Assembly (NCBI GenBank): GCA_963742735.1
Contig: CAVUMN010000004.1
Location: forward strand, 1,216,001 to 1,280,000
Source of the DNA: an uncultured Actinomycetes bacterium
GTDB lineage: Bacteria; Actinomycetota; UBA4738; JBBDTT01
Length of the DNA: 64,000 nt
Direction: 5' to 3'
Shown: positions 22,679 to 32,690 of the stretch, in pieces
Layout: each line of letters begins with the position of its first letter
How positions within the stretch are numbered: the first letter of the stretch is position 1
Translations under genes and position numbers: made by a program
Notes under the pieces: model-generated
Databases searched by the model: none
Told to the model about the DNA's origin: nothing
Seen by the model: the letters and a program-made list of their open reading frames with translations, nothing else

Positions 22679-23791
22679 TCAGGACCGGCGGCCGAGGAGC
22701 CGCGCGAGGAGCTTGTTGAAGTCGTCTCGCAGCGCGAGCTGGCCCTGGGTCAGCGAGACGACCTCCCGGGCCAGGGAGGCCATGACCGCGCGCTGGCGGT
22801 CGTCGGCCTCGTCCGAGGCGCTGAGGATCTCGGCCTTGACCCCCTCGATCTCGAAGCGGAGCGTCCGCTCCAGGGGCTCGAGGGCGGGCGGCCGGTTCGC
22901 GTCGAGCCGGGCCGCCAGCTCGACGATCCCGGCGTCGAGACGCTCCGAGCGGACCCGCAGATCCTGCAGCGCTGCGTACATGGTCTGCGTCGACTCCTGG
23001 AGCTCTCCGCGGGAGCGGTCGGACTGGTGCATGACCGCCTCGACGAGGGCCTCGATCGAGGGGAGGTCCGTCAGGCGCGCCTCGATCGAACGGACGCCGT
23101 CACGGACCCCCTCGACCTCGGTCTGCAGGCGGGCCAGGTGCTCGCCGACCGGGCCGGACCGCAGGGAGGCCACGTCGGCCCGCGCCGTCTGCGTCTCGCC
23201 CTGGATCAGCGCGCCGAGCTCCGCGTGGGCTTCCGAGCTCAGGCCGGCGCGAAGCTCACCCAGACTGGCGTGGAGGGCCTCCACGCCCTGACGGGCGCGC
23301 TCCACGGCGTCCCGCCGAGACCCCTCGGGCTCCCGCCCGCCGGCCGTCGCGAGCTCGTCACGAAGGCCGTCGAGCAGCGCGTTCCACCGGGCGGCGGCGC
23401 CCTCCTGGCCCTCCGCGAGCGACGCGCGCGTGCGCTCGCCCTGGGCCCTGACGAGGTCCACGAGCAGGGTCTCTCGTGGGAGCACGCCCTGCAGGTCGGC
23501 GATCGCCCCCCGCAGGGAGTCGATCTCCGCGCGCATCTCCGCGGCCGAGGAGCTCCACCCGGCCTGCTGGATCGCGTGCGCGAGCCGGGTCACGGCCGTC
23601 TCCAGCGCTCGCAGGCGTCCCTCGAGGGGAGGGCCGGCGGCGGGCGACTCCTCGGATTCCTCCGGAGCCTGCGTCTGGGCAGGCGCGAGCCGCTGGGCAC
23701 GGCGCCATCCGGCGCCGGAGAGCTTCGGCGGCTCGGTGCCCCACAGCTGGGACGAGTCGGCCTCGTCTGGGGGCGAGTCGTCGCGGTTCAT
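22679..23791 (-). CDS. Hypothetical coiled-coil protein with acidic/Pro-rich N-terminus
   Basis: Heptad-rich A/E/L/R sequence; start ATG 23791 or GTG 23803. Confidence 0.65.
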   Translation of the reverse strand: MNRDDSPPDEADSSQLWGTEPPKLSGAGWRRAQRLAPAQTQAPEESEESPAAGPPLEGRLRALETAVTRLAHAIQQAGWSSSAAEMRAEIDSLRGAIADLQGVLPRETLLVDLVRAQGERTRASLAEGQEGAAARWNALLDGLRDELATAGGREPEGSRRDAVERARQGVEALHASLGELRAGLSSEAHAELGALIQGETQTARADVASLRSGPVGEHLARLQTEVEGVRDGVRSIEARLTDLPSIEALVEAVMHQSDRSRGELQESTQTMYAALQDLRVRSERLDAGIVELAARLDANRPPALEPLERTLRFEIEGVKAEILSASDEADDRQRAVMASLAREVVSLTQGQLALRDDFNKLLARLLGRRS

Positions 23792-23860
23792 TCGGTCGTT
23801 CACCTTCGAGGACTACGGAGGGCGGCGCGGACGCCAACCCTACAAGGTTGGGGCGGACAC

Positions 23861-23889
23861 AAAAAGGGACGGCCCGAAGGCCGTCCCTT
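23861..23889 (-). terminator. Intrinsic terminator of YPP protein 1 gene
   Basis: Minus strand AAGGGACGGCC-TTCG-GGCCGTCCC-TTTTT. Confidence 0.8.
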
Positions 23890-23906
23890 CACATCGATGG
23901 GTTCGC

Positions 23907-24419
23907 TCAGGCGACCAGGCTCTTGCCGCGCTGCCGGTGCCGGAAGACCAGCCAGCCGGCGAACAGCGACATCACGATCAGCGAGGCGACCCCGACCGTG
24001 ATCCCGGCCGGCGCGGTCGTCGAGGCGCTCGTTGCGGCCGAGGCGCCGACGACCGTCACGTTGACGAAGCACCGGAACCGGTTGCCGTTGCGGTCCACGC
24101 CCTTGACCCCGTACACGGCGGGACCGTTCTCCACGTCGTTCGGGGTGACGATGACGGTCTGCCAGTGCCCATCAGGAGCGACGGAGAGGTCCTCCTGGAG
24201 CACGGTCGCGTCGGTGCTCTTCTGGTGGAACCCGGCGTCCACCGTGGTTCCGGCCTTCCAGAACTTGCCACCGAACTGATTGGCCTGCCCGGGCTGCGGC
24301 GTGTGGTCCTGCGCGTTGCAGGTGGGCGGCCGGTTGGGGGGGTAGGGCACGGCAAAGGCCGGCGACGCCGACGCCACGAGGACGCCTGCGCACAGCACCA
24401 GCATCAAGGCCTTCCTCAT
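23907..24419 (-). CDS. Small surface protein ('YPP protein 1'): signal peptide, one Ig-like domain, C-terminal TM anchor and basic tail
   Basis: SPAFA cleavage, then VPYPPNRPPTC...RCFVNVTV, S/T linker, TM, RHRQRGK; SD AGGAGG. Confidence 0.78.
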   Translation of the reverse strand: MRKALMLVLCAGVLVASASPAFAVPYPPNRPPTCNAQDHTPQPGQANQFGGKFWKAGTTVDAGFHQKSTDATVLQEDLSVAPDGHWQTVIVTPNDVENGPAVYGVKGVDRNGNRFRCFVNVTVVGASAATSASTTAPAGITVGVASLIVMSLFAGWLVFRHRQRGKSLVA

Positions 24420-24473
24420 GAACCCCTCCTATAACGGGTAACAGACTTCGCACCCACTCGGATGCGTGGGCAA

Positions 24474-24502
24474 AGGGTACGGGCGCCCTTCCCCCCTGTC
24501 AA
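24474..24502 (-). promoter_or_regulatory. SigA-type promoter of YPP protein 1 gene
   Basis: Minus strand TTGACA (24502-24497), 17 nt, TACCCT (24479-24474). Confidence 0.65.
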
Positions 24503-24557
24503 GCGTGGGCGCAGAGTCCGGATCGCGCCGTTACGGCCGGTTCGCCGGGCCCAGGGC

Positions 24558-26549
24558 TCAGAAGGAGACGATCTTCTTCCTGAAGAAGCCGGTGAGCGCG
24601 TCCCACGCACGGGCCAGGAACGGTTTCTGGAACTCGACCTCCAACTCGACGAGCGAGATGGCCGTCCCCTCGAACACCGCGCGGTTCCCGTCGACCAGCA
24701 TCCCGGGCGTGGCCCGGACGATCTTGGTGCCCGCCGGCGCTCGGATCTCCACCCGCAGGGGGGTGGGGATGATCGTGGTCTGGCCCACCACCGTCAGCCG
24801 GTAGGTCCCGTGCGCGGTGGTCCCCTCCCAGGCGGCCGGGTTCGACAGCGCGTAGCGCACGCGCCGGGTCTCACCGCTGGGGATCCGCAGGTTGCTGGGC
24901 AGGACCGTGTAGCCGAGCTCCGAGTCCAGGCCGATCCCCTCGGCGACTTCGTCCTGCTCGTAGGAGAGCAGCTCCGTGCCGCCGGGCACGTACAGGTCCA
25001 GGTTCGAGCTGTTCTCGCCGCGCGCGGCGAAGCGGGTCGGGCCGATGACGTATTTCGGCTGGCCGCGGGTGGGTGCCCCGTTGCGCAGCGTGAGGTCCAG
25101 CTGGCCGCGGCCGACGTTGCCGGCTCCGAGCTCGACCACGTAGGCGAGGGTCCGCTCCGCGAAGTAGTCGACCTTGTTCGCCCCGGCGTTGTTGACGATC
25201 GGCGCCACGACGTCGCCGGGGCCCGAGGGAAGGGCCCCGTCGGCGCCGAGCATCGCCAGGCCCGCCTGGAGCGCCTCGTCCTCGGTATGGATCGAGATGT
25301 GGCCGGCGCCACCCGCCTCCGCGAGGGCCTGCGCGGCCGCGGCGGGCGGGGCGTCCTCGAGGAACTGCGACAGCACCACCTGCGCCACCAGGCCGAGCGC
25401 GGCGTTGCGTTGCTCGGTCTCGGGCACCATGGCGTAGGCCTGGTTCGTGACGATCGGGACCACGTTCGCCGAGGTCACCTCGCCGAGCAGCGGAACGGTC
25501 AGCGGGCCGGAGACCTGCAGCATGGCGGCGAGGGCGAACGGGTCCGCGGAGATGGCGCCGTCCAGCTCCACGCCGCGGCTGGCCTCGTACATCCGCTGCA
25601 GCGCGACCGCCGCGCTCGGGAAGTCGGGCGTCAGGTTCGACACCAGGATGAATCCCGCGGCGCCCGGGTACCGGCGCGCGTAGTCCTCGTTCGGCGGCTC
25701 GATCCCGGCGAGCTCGGGGAAGTGCTCGTTGGCTTCGAAGCTCGAGAAGCGAAGCCGCCCGTCCCGCGCGGTCATCACGCTCACCGACCCGACCAGCCCC
25801 CCGGTGCCGCGGATCTCGGCCGGGTTCTCCGCGGCGAACAGGTAGCGGCGTGGGCCGTCCGCGCCCAGGAAGGCGGGGAATCGTTCGACGACCACGGTCG
25901 CCGCCTGGAGGCCCTCGCGCAACGGGGTCAGCTCGGACTCGAAGCGGGCGCGGGCCTCGGCCACCGGGCCCAGGAGCCACGTCCGCGGCAGCGGCAGGAA
26001 CGCTCGCTCCGCGGCCTCGAGGTGACCGGTCGCCGACTCGAGGGCCGGGGCGAGCGCCTCGAAGGACTCGATGGGGATCCGCCCGTCGCGAGGCCCGAGG
26101 CTGGCCAGGCCCTCGGGCAGACCGGCGATGCCGCCGGCGAGGTCCTTGCCCGCGCGGGCGACCTCGCGGCCGGCCACGGCGAGGCCCGCGGCGGCGTCGG
26201 GGGTCCGCCCCAGGAGCGGGAGCCAGCTGGTGACCCGCAGCAGCGGGCTCCGGGCGTAGCCGTGGGCCTGGATGAAGGCCTCCTCGGCGATCGTGAAGTC
26301 CCGCTCGGCCAGGGCCGGGTCACTGCTGAGCAGCGACTGCTTGGCAGCCTCCAGGGCATCCCGGCCGGCCTCCATGCGCTCGCGGACCGCGCCGGCGGGG
26401 ACGAGCCCAAGCACCAGGATCAGGACGACGGCGACCAGCAGGCCCAGCCCGTAGCGCTTCCACTTTGGCGGGAGCCAGCGCCGGCGAAGCCGGACCGGCT
26501 CGGTCGCGCGCGACCGCCCGGGGCCACGCTCGGGCGCTCGGTCGTTCAG
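24558..26549 (-). CDS. DUF4012 domain membrane-anchored protein, copy 1 (start uncertain; CTG 26549 proposed)
   Basis: N-terminal TM, helical stalk, RRYLFAAENPAEIRGTGG, NLTPDFP, DGAISADP, NNAGANKVDY. Confidence 0.82.
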   Translation of the reverse strand: MNDRAPERGPGRSRATEPVRLRRRWLPPKWKRYGLGLLVAVVLILVLGLVPAGAVRERMEAGRDALEAAKQSLLSSDPALAERDFTIAEEAFIQAHGYARSPLLRVTSWLPLLGRTPDAAAGLAVAGREVARAGKDLAGGIAGLPEGLASLGPRDGRIPIESFEALAPALESATGHLEAAERAFLPLPRTWLLGPVAEARARFESELTPLREGLQAATVVVERFPAFLGADGPRRYLFAAENPAEIRGTGGLVGSVSVMTARDGRLRFSSFEANEHFPELAGIEPPNEDYARRYPGAAGFILVSNLTPDFPSAAVALQRMYEASRGVELDGAISADPFALAAMLQVSGPLTVPLLGEVTSANVVPIVTNQAYAMVPETEQRNAALGLVAQVVLSQFLEDAPPAAAAQALAEAGGAGHISIHTEDEALQAGLAMLGADGALPSGPGDVVAPIVNNAGANKVDYFAERTLAYVVELGAGNVGRGQLDLTLRNGAPTRGQPKYVIGPTRFAARGENSSNLDLYVPGGTELLSYEQDEVAEGIGLDSELGYTVLPSNLRIPSGETRRVRYALSNPAAWEGTTAHGTYRLTVVGQTTIIPTPLRVEIRAPAGTKIVRATPGMLVDGNRAVFEGTAISLVELEVEFQKPFLARAWDALTGFFRKKIVSF

Positions 26550-28192
26550 ATCGACGACCTGCCCCGGCGTGGGACCTCCTCCTGGCCCGCGTCGGATACC
26601 CCGTACGGCCCTCCGTACGAGTAGCCGTACTGGGACCGGTACCGGTAGTAGTAGCGGTAGTAGTACGGCGCGGAGCGAGCCCGGTTCAGGTCGAAGTTGT
26701 TGAGGACCGATCCGATGATGTCCACGCCGACCTGCTCCAGCTGCTCCCGGGCGTGGGCGACCGCACCCCGAGTGGTCGCCTCCGCGTCGGCCACGTACAT
26801 CACGCCGTCGCACAGGGGAGCCAGCGCCAGCGCGTCGGACACCACGAGGACCGGGGCAGAGTCGACGATGATGAAGTCGGCCACCTGGCGGAGCTCGGCC
26901 AGGAGCTCGCCCATGGCCTCGGAGCCCAGGAGCTCCGCGGGTCGGGTGGGGATGGGGCCGCTCGGGAACACGCGCAGGTTCTCGATCCCGGGATCGACGA
27001 GGGCCTCCCAGGGCTTGGCCGTGCCGGCGAGCACGTCAACGACGCCGATCTTGTTCCGGAGCTGGAAGAACCGGTGCACCCGCGGCTTGCGGAGGTCCGC
27101 GTTGACCAGGATCACCCGCTTGTCGGCGTTGGCCAGGACCACCGCGAGGTTTGCCGCCGTGGTCGTCTTGCCCTCACCCGCGCTCGCACTGGCCACGAGG
27201 ATCGTCTTGATCCCGCGCTGCGCGGCGGCGAACAGCATGCTGGTACGCAGGGTGCGATAGGACTCGGCCGCGGCGCTGCGCGGCTCGCTCACGGTCGTGA
27301 GCTTGATCTCCTCCTTCTTCTTCCAGCCGGGGACCTTCGGGATCACGGCCAGGACGGGGGCCCCCGACTGGGTCTCCAGATCGCTCCGGCCGCGGAGCCC
27401 GTCGTCGAGCCGCTCGCGAAGCAGGGCCACCACCACGCCCAGGACCAGGCCGGCGAACAGCGACAGCGCGGCGTTGGTCGGGTGGTTCGGGCTGGACGGC
27501 TCGGCGGGGAGGGCGGCCGACTGGATGACCGTGCCGGGATCGATCACGTACCCCGCCAGGGGGGCCAGCTGATTGCTGAGAACCGCGATCTGTCCGGTCA
27601 GCTCGTCCCGGCGGCTCTGCTGCCCCGGGGTGGGCTCGTCGAGTGCGTTCTGCCCGATGTCGCGGTTGAGCTGGGAGAGCTCCTTGCGCAGCTGGGACAG
27701 ACGGGCCTCCAACGGCTTCCGAAGGTCGTCGATGGCCGTCAGGGCCTGGTCGTTCTTGTACTGCAGGTAGGAGGTGGCGAACGCGTTCGCCCCCTGCTGG
27801 GCACGGAGCGGATCCGGGTCGGTGAAGTCGATCTCCAGGATGGCTGTGTTGGGGGGCGAGGAGACCGTGAGCCCCAGCGCCAGGCTCAGCGGATCGACCG
27901 CGCCGGGGACCTGCTCGGCCGCGAGCGCCGCCACGCCCTCGGACGCGGCGAGCTGGACCTCGGTGTCCATGTTCAGCTGGGAGAACTGAACGGTCAGCGT
28001 GAACGTGTTGGGACTGTTGATCGGCTTGACCAGGACCTTCGCGGTGGACCGATACAGGGGTGTCTGCCGGAGCGAGAAGAACATGCCCGCGACGAGCACC
28101 ACGGCGGCCACGACGGCGACGGACCACTTCCGGAAGCGAAGGATCCCCAGGTACTCGCGCAGCTGAAATTGAACTTCGGGCGACTCGGTCAT
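26546..28192 (-). CDS. Polysaccharide co-polymerase/tyrosine autokinase (Wzc/CpsCD fusion)
   Basis: Wzz-like N-terminus with two TMs, ESYRTLRT, Walker A SASAGEGKTT, IIVDSAP, C-terminal Tyr cluster YYYRYYYRY; GTG 28198 is an alternative start. Confidence 0.92.
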   Translation of the reverse strand: MTESPEVQFQLREYLGILRFRKWSVAVVAAVVLVAGMFFSLRQTPLYRSTAKVLVKPINSPNTFTLTVQFSQLNMDTEVQLAASEGVAALAAEQVPGAVDPLSLALGLTVSSPPNTAILEIDFTDPDPLRAQQGANAFATSYLQYKNDQALTAIDDLRKPLEARLSQLRKELSQLNRDIGQNALDEPTPGQQSRRDELTGQIAVLSNQLAPLAGYVIDPGTVIQSAALPAEPSSPNHPTNAALSLFAGLVLGVVVALLRERLDDGLRGRSDLETQSGAPVLAVIPKVPGWKKKEEIKLTTVSEPRSAAAESYRTLRTSMLFAAAQRGIKTILVASASAGEGKTTTAANLAVVLANADKRVILVNADLRKPRVHRFFQLRNKIGVVDVLAGTAKPWEALVDPGIENLRVFPSGPIPTRPAELLGSEAMGELLAELRQVADFIIVDSAPVLVVSDALALAPLCDGVMYVADAEATTRGAVAHAREQLEQVGVDIIGSVLNNFDLNRARSAPYYYRYYYRYRSQYGYSYGGPYGVSDAGQEEVPRRGRSSI

Positions 28193-28253
28193 GCTCACGG
28201 TCGTCGAAGTCTACATGCGCGTCCGGACGATTCCCGGACCGCCCCGCGTGCGC

Positions 28254-29636
28254 TCACCCTGCCTCCGGATCCGGGTCCGGGACCGGCAGCTCGGCCGTCT
28301 CCGGCGCCGCGGCGGGGGGTTCGATCCGCTCCGGATGCCGCAGCGTGCGGATGGCCAGGATCGAGTACGCCCCCATGACCAGGGCGTACGAGCTGAGCAG
28401 GGAGAGGGCGGCGCCCTCCGGTCCGAGGGCGCGGCCGAGCACCACCACCATCGGGACCTGCACGACGAGCGCCACCACGTGCACCCGGGCCGCCCGCCCC
28501 GACTGGCCCGAGGCGATCAGCAGCGGTCCCGTCCAGAAGAAGGCGCTGGTCACGAACTGGGCGGCCACGGCGATCACCAGGACGGTCGAGGCGCCCCGGG
28601 CCTCCGGTCCTCCCAGCAGCACCAGGATGGGCTCGCGGAACGCGATCACGAGGGCCCCCGCCACCAGGAGCGACGGGACGCCGAGCGAGGTCACCTGTCG
28701 CAGGAGGCGGCGGAGGTCCTCGTAGCGGCGCGCGATCCACAGCCGAGACAGGCGGGGGAGGATGACGTAGAGCGCGGGATCGCTCAGCCGGCCGAGGGCG
28801 AGCCCGGCGGCGGACCCGAGCTTGTAGATCCCCACCTCGAGCGGACCCAGGAACGCCCCGAGGACCAGGGCGGGAAGCTGGGCCTGGGCCAGCCGGCTGT
28901 AGCCGATGACGTTCGTGTGGAAGATCATCCGCAGCATGCCGCGGCGCTGATCCGCGACGTCGGCGAGCGCGGTGGGTCGAAGCGACCGGCCGGTGCGTGA
29001 CCGGAACGTCCGGGCCGCGAGCGCGACCACCCCGATCGCGCTCAGGAGGTCCAGCCCGATGAGGGCGACCATCACGGTCCGCAGGTCTCCGACCGCGACG
29101 GCGACGCCCACCAGGATCAGCCGCGCCACCTCGCGGGCGGTGGTGAATCCGAGGATCACGCCGTAGCGATCGAACAGACGGAGCGTGGCGCCCGAGGTCC
29201 CGTCGAGGGTGGAGATCAGCAGCGTCAACGAGAAGAGCAGGACCAGCGTCGTCCCCTCGGGCCCGGCGAGCCGGGGGCCCGCGAACGGGGCGACGGCGGC
29301 GAGGATCGCGAACCCCGCCACCCCCGTGAGCAGGTCCACCAGGTAGCTCATCTGGATGACCCCGGCCGCCCGGTCGGGGCCCTCGCGCAGGGCGCGGGAT
29401 CCGAACGTGATGGTGGCCTGCTCGACGCGCACGTCGGCGAACTGCTGGACGAGCGTCACCAGCGCGACCACGACCGCATACCGTCCGAACTCCTCCAGGC
29501 CCAGCCCGCGGGTGATCAGGACGATCTGGCCCAGGTAGCCGAGCGACGCGATGCCCTGCGCGGTTCCCTGCAGGAACGCGTCACGGGCCAGGCCGAGGAA
29601 CTCCCCGCGCGCGGGCCGGTCCGCGTTCCCCGTCAT
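28254..29636 (-). CDS. Wzx-type oligosaccharide flippase
   Basis: ITRGLGLEEFGRYAVV, many TM helices, LGPLEVGIYKLG; ATGA overlap with asnB. Confidence 0.85.
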   Translation of the reverse strand: MTGNADRPARGEFLGLARDAFLQGTAQGIASLGYLGQIVLITRGLGLEEFGRYAVVVALVTLVQQFADVRVEQATITFGSRALREGPDRAAGVIQMSYLVDLLTGVAGFAILAAVAPFAGPRLAGPEGTTLVLLFSLTLLISTLDGTSGATLRLFDRYGVILGFTTAREVARLILVGVAVAVGDLRTVMVALIGLDLLSAIGVVALAARTFRSRTGRSLRPTALADVADQRRGMLRMIFHTNVIGYSRLAQAQLPALVLGAFLGPLEVGIYKLGSAAGLALGRLSDPALYVILPRLSRLWIARRYEDLRRLLRQVTSLGVPSLLVAGALVIAFREPILVLLGGPEARGASTVLVIAVAAQFVTSAFFWTGPLLIASGQSGRAARVHVVALVVQVPMVVVLGRALGPEGAALSLLSSYALVMGAYSILAIRTLRHPERIEPPAAAPETAELPVPDPDPEAG

Positions 29637-31594
29637 CCCCCGGCTCGCGCGCCGGCCGCCGGGGGGATCGGCGCGTCCAGGTACGCGCGCGCCCACATCT
29701 CGAGCCCGAGCAGGAGCCAGATCCGGTAGGTGTGGTCGGCCGCGCCGCTCTGGTGCTCGGCGACGATTCGGCCGGCCTCCGCCGGATCGAGCCATCCCCT
29801 GGCTCGGAGGCGGCCGGCGGACAGCGTGTCCGTGACCACGTCGCGCAGGTCGTTGCGGAGCCACGACCGAACGGGGGCCCCGAACCCCGCCTTGCGGCGC
29901 AGGACCACCTCGTGGGGGATGAACCCGTCCACGGCCCGCCGAAGGACGTGCTTGCCGTGCGCCCCGCGGATCTTGAGGTGGGCGGGGAGGCGGCCGGCCA
30001 GATCGGCGACCGCGTCGTCCAGGTACGGAACGCGAAGCTCGATCGAGGCGGCCATCGAAAGACGGTCCGAGTAGAAGAGGTTCTGGCCCTCCAGGAAGGT
30101 CCGGAGGTCGACGGACAGCGCCCGGTTCAGGAAGTCCCCCCGGGCTTCGGCGAACGCGCCCAGGTGCACCGCGCGCGGGTCCTCGGCCAGCGCCGCGCCG
30201 CGCAGCGCGGGGCCGAGCAGCCGGGAGATCGCCTCGCCGTGGAACTGGTTCGCCGCGCGGAAGGCCACGTACCGAGCGTCACGGCCGAGACCGCCGGTGC
30301 CGAGGATGGTCGACATCGCCCGGTGCACCGCGAGGGTCAGGCCGGGCCGGCCCCACGGGCGGCGGGCCAGACCGGGGAGCCCGGCGACGGCGGAGGCCAC
30401 CGCCCGGCGTGCCGAGGCGGGCAGGCGTTCCAGGATCCTCGCCACCCGGTCGTAGTGGTGGACGCGGTAGCCCGCGAACAGCTCGTCCGCCCCCTGGCCG
30501 GAGAGCAGCACGGTGCATTCCGAGGCCGCCCGCTCGGAGATGAGCAGGGTCAGGATCGCGGCGGGATCACCCAGGGGCTCGTCCAGGTGCCACGCCACCC
30601 GGGGAAGAAGGTGGACGAGGTCCGGCCGCGCCTCCAGCTCGTGGAGCTCGGCGCCGAAGTGCGCGGCCATGCGCCGGGCGAACACCGCGTCCTCGGGGTT
30701 CTGCTCAAGGCGCGCGTCCCGGTCGCGGAACCCGATGGTGTACGCGCGCAGGGGGCCGGACGTCTCGGCGGAGGCCGCGGCGAGCAGGGTGGTGGAGTCG
30801 ATTCCACCGGAGAGGAAGATCCCCACCGGCACGTCGGCGATGAGCTGGCGGCGCACCGCGTCGCGGATCGCGTCGCGGACCTCCAGGGCGGCCTCGACCT
30901 CACCGATCCCGTGGTCCACGCGCGGCTCGGGCCGGGCGATCGGCTCGAGTCGGATGGTGCCGCGACGCCACCGCAGCACGGTGTCGGGGGGCAGGCGCCG
31001 CACCCCGCGCAGGATGGCCTCGTCGCCGGGGACGTAGCCGAAGTCGAGGTACCGGGCGAGGATTACCGGGTCGATCTCGCGGGGGATCCCCGCCGGGAGC
31101 AACCCCTTCATCTCGGACGCGAAGGCGAGCTCGCCGCCGGGCCCCTCCCAGTAGTAGAGGGGCTTCACCCCGAACCGGTCCCGGGCCAGCAGGAGCTCTT
31201 CGGCTTCGGGGTCCCAGAACGCCAGGGCGAACATCCCGTTCAGGCGACTCAGGCCCTTCGCGCCGTGCAGCGTCAGGGCTCGGAGGACCACCTCGGTGTC
31301 GGTGCCTGAGGTGAACGGGGCCTCGTGGCGCAGCTCGGTGCGCAGCTGCTGCCAGTTGTAGACCTCGCCGTTGTAGACCATCGCTCGCCCGTGTTCGAGC
31401 ATCGGCTGGTGGCCGGCGCTGGACAGGTCGAGGATGGCGAGCCTTCGGTAGCCCAGGCCGACGTGCCAGCCCCCGCCGGCGTCGATCCAGTGGGCGCCCT
31501 CGTGATCCGGACCACGATGGGCCTGGATCTGGAGCATCGCGTCCAGGACCTCGGGACGCGGCTCCGGCGCTACGAGGCCCGCGATGCCGCACAC
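29633..31594 (-). CDS. asnB: Asparagine synthase-like glutamine amidotransferase (probable glycan amidation)
   Basis: MCGIAG, HRGPD, RRLAILDLS, YNGEVYN, FLSGGIDS, LSGQGADELFAGY. Confidence 0.93.
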   Translation of the reverse strand: MCGIAGLVAPEPRPEVLDAMLQIQAHRGPDHEGAHWIDAGGGWHVGLGYRRLAILDLSSAGHQPMLEHGRAMVYNGEVYNWQQLRTELRHEAPFTSGTDTEVVLRALTLHGAKGLSRLNGMFALAFWDPEAEELLLARDRFGVKPLYYWEGPGGELAFASEMKGLLPAGIPREIDPVILARYLDFGYVPGDEAILRGVRRLPPDTVLRWRRGTIRLEPIARPEPRVDHGIGEVEAALEVRDAIRDAVRRQLIADVPVGIFLSGGIDSTTLLAAASAETSGPLRAYTIGFRDRDARLEQNPEDAVFARRMAAHFGAELHELEARPDLVHLLPRVAWHLDEPLGDPAAILTLLISERAASECTVLLSGQGADELFAGYRVHHYDRVARILERLPASARRAVASAVAGLPGLARRPWGRPGLTLAVHRAMSTILGTGGLGRDARYVAFRAANQFHGEAISRLLGPALRGAALAEDPRAVHLGAFAEARGDFLNRALSVDLRTFLEGQNLFYSDRLSMAASIELRVPYLDDAVADLAGRLPAHLKIRGAHGKHVLRRAVDGFIPHEVVLRRKAGFGAPVRSWLRNDLRDVVTDTLSAGRLRARGWLDPAEAGRIVAEHQSGAADHTYRIWLLLGLEMWARAYLDAPIPPAAGARAGG

Positions 31595-32679
31595 GCGGCC
31601 GCCACTCCTTCCAGCCAGTCGGCCAGCGCCCGGTCGGCATGGGCCTGGGTGTAGCGATCCTCGTACCGAGCTCTGGACGAGGCCGACATCCGAGACCGGA
31701 GCGAGTCGTCACGGATCAGCTCGAGGATCCGGGACGCCAGCGCGGCCGGCTCGGACGTCGGCAGCACGAACCCGCAGATGCCGTCGCGCACGGTCTCGGT
31801 GATCGCACCCTGATCGGTCGTCACGATCGGAAGCCCGGCCGACAGGGCCTCCAGCACCACCCGTGGGTGACCCTCCGATTCCCGGGGCGGGAACAACAGC
31901 GCCCACGAGCTGGACAGCAGCCGGCGCTTCTCCTCGCCCCCCACCGAATCCACGAACCGGATGGCGTCGCCACCCGGCCGGGCCCGTTCGAGCATCTCCG
32001 AGCGCAGGGCGGCGCTCTCCCACTCGCCGGCGAACACGAACTCGATCTCGGGCTCCTCCGCCAGGGCGAGGAGGGCGGCGTCCACCGACTCGCGGATGCC
32101 CTTTCGAACCCGGAGGTTGCTGAGGAACAGGATCGTGGGCCGCGAGGCGCGGGGGACCTCCGGCATCAGGTGGTCCGTGGTCCCGTTCGGCACGACCGCC
32201 ACACGGGCGGCGGGCAGGAGGCCGCCGAACATCCATCGCAGGGAGTGGCCGAGGACCGCCAGGGAGTCGAACCCGCGGATCGTGCGCCGAACCGCCGCCC
32301 GCCCCAGGGCGGGGCTCGCCGTGTAGAAATCGAGGAACCCGCCCCCCCGAAGGTGGCCGGTGATCGCCCACCCTCGAGCCCGCGCCGCCTCGATCATCAG
32401 CCCGTCGCGCACGAAGCCGCCGCTGCTCGCCGACAGCGGGAGGTACACGACGCCGGGCGGCCCGGCCAGCCGGTCCCACAGCTCCCAGATGTGTGCCACG
32501 GCCAGGGTCATGTTGCTCGTGTCCCAGCGCGCGATCGTCTCCAGGGGACGGCGATCGCTCGTGTCCAGATGGTCGACGTCGAACCGCTCCCGGAGCAGTG
32601 GGTTGGCGAGGACCAGGCTCGTCGACGTGGTGACCCCGTGCACCGGTGGGGGGACCGGCCCGATCACGACGAGTCGCAT
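31570..32679 (-). CDS. Glycosyltransferase family 4
   Basis: GPVPPPVHG, FLSNLRVRKG, EGHPRVVLEALSAGLP. Confidence 0.9.
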   Translation of the reverse strand: MRLVVIGPVPPPVHGVTTSTSLVLANPLLRERFDVDHLDTSDRRPLETIARWDTSNMTLAVAHIWELWDRLAGPPGVVYLPLSASSGGFVRDGLMIEAARARGWAITGHLRGGGFLDFYTASPALGRAAVRRTIRGFDSLAVLGHSLRWMFGGLLPAARVAVVPNGTTDHLMPEVPRASRPTILFLSNLRVRKGIRESVDAALLALAEEPEIEFVFAGEWESAALRSEMLERARPGGDAIRFVDSVGGEEKRRLLSSSWALLFPPRESEGHPRVVLEALSAGLPIVTTDQGAITETVRDGICGFVLPTSEPAALASRILELIRDDSLRSRMSASSRARYEDRYTQAHADRALADWLEGVAAACAASRAS

Positions 32680-32690
32680 CGGCCGGTCCG

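Noticed and set aside
23907-24010. Sortase (LPXTG) substrate call for the YPP proteins
   Set aside because: Neither has LPXTG/LAXTG before the TM (TAPAG; VPGPLTPG) and no sortase is in the window; a variant sorting signal cannot be excluded
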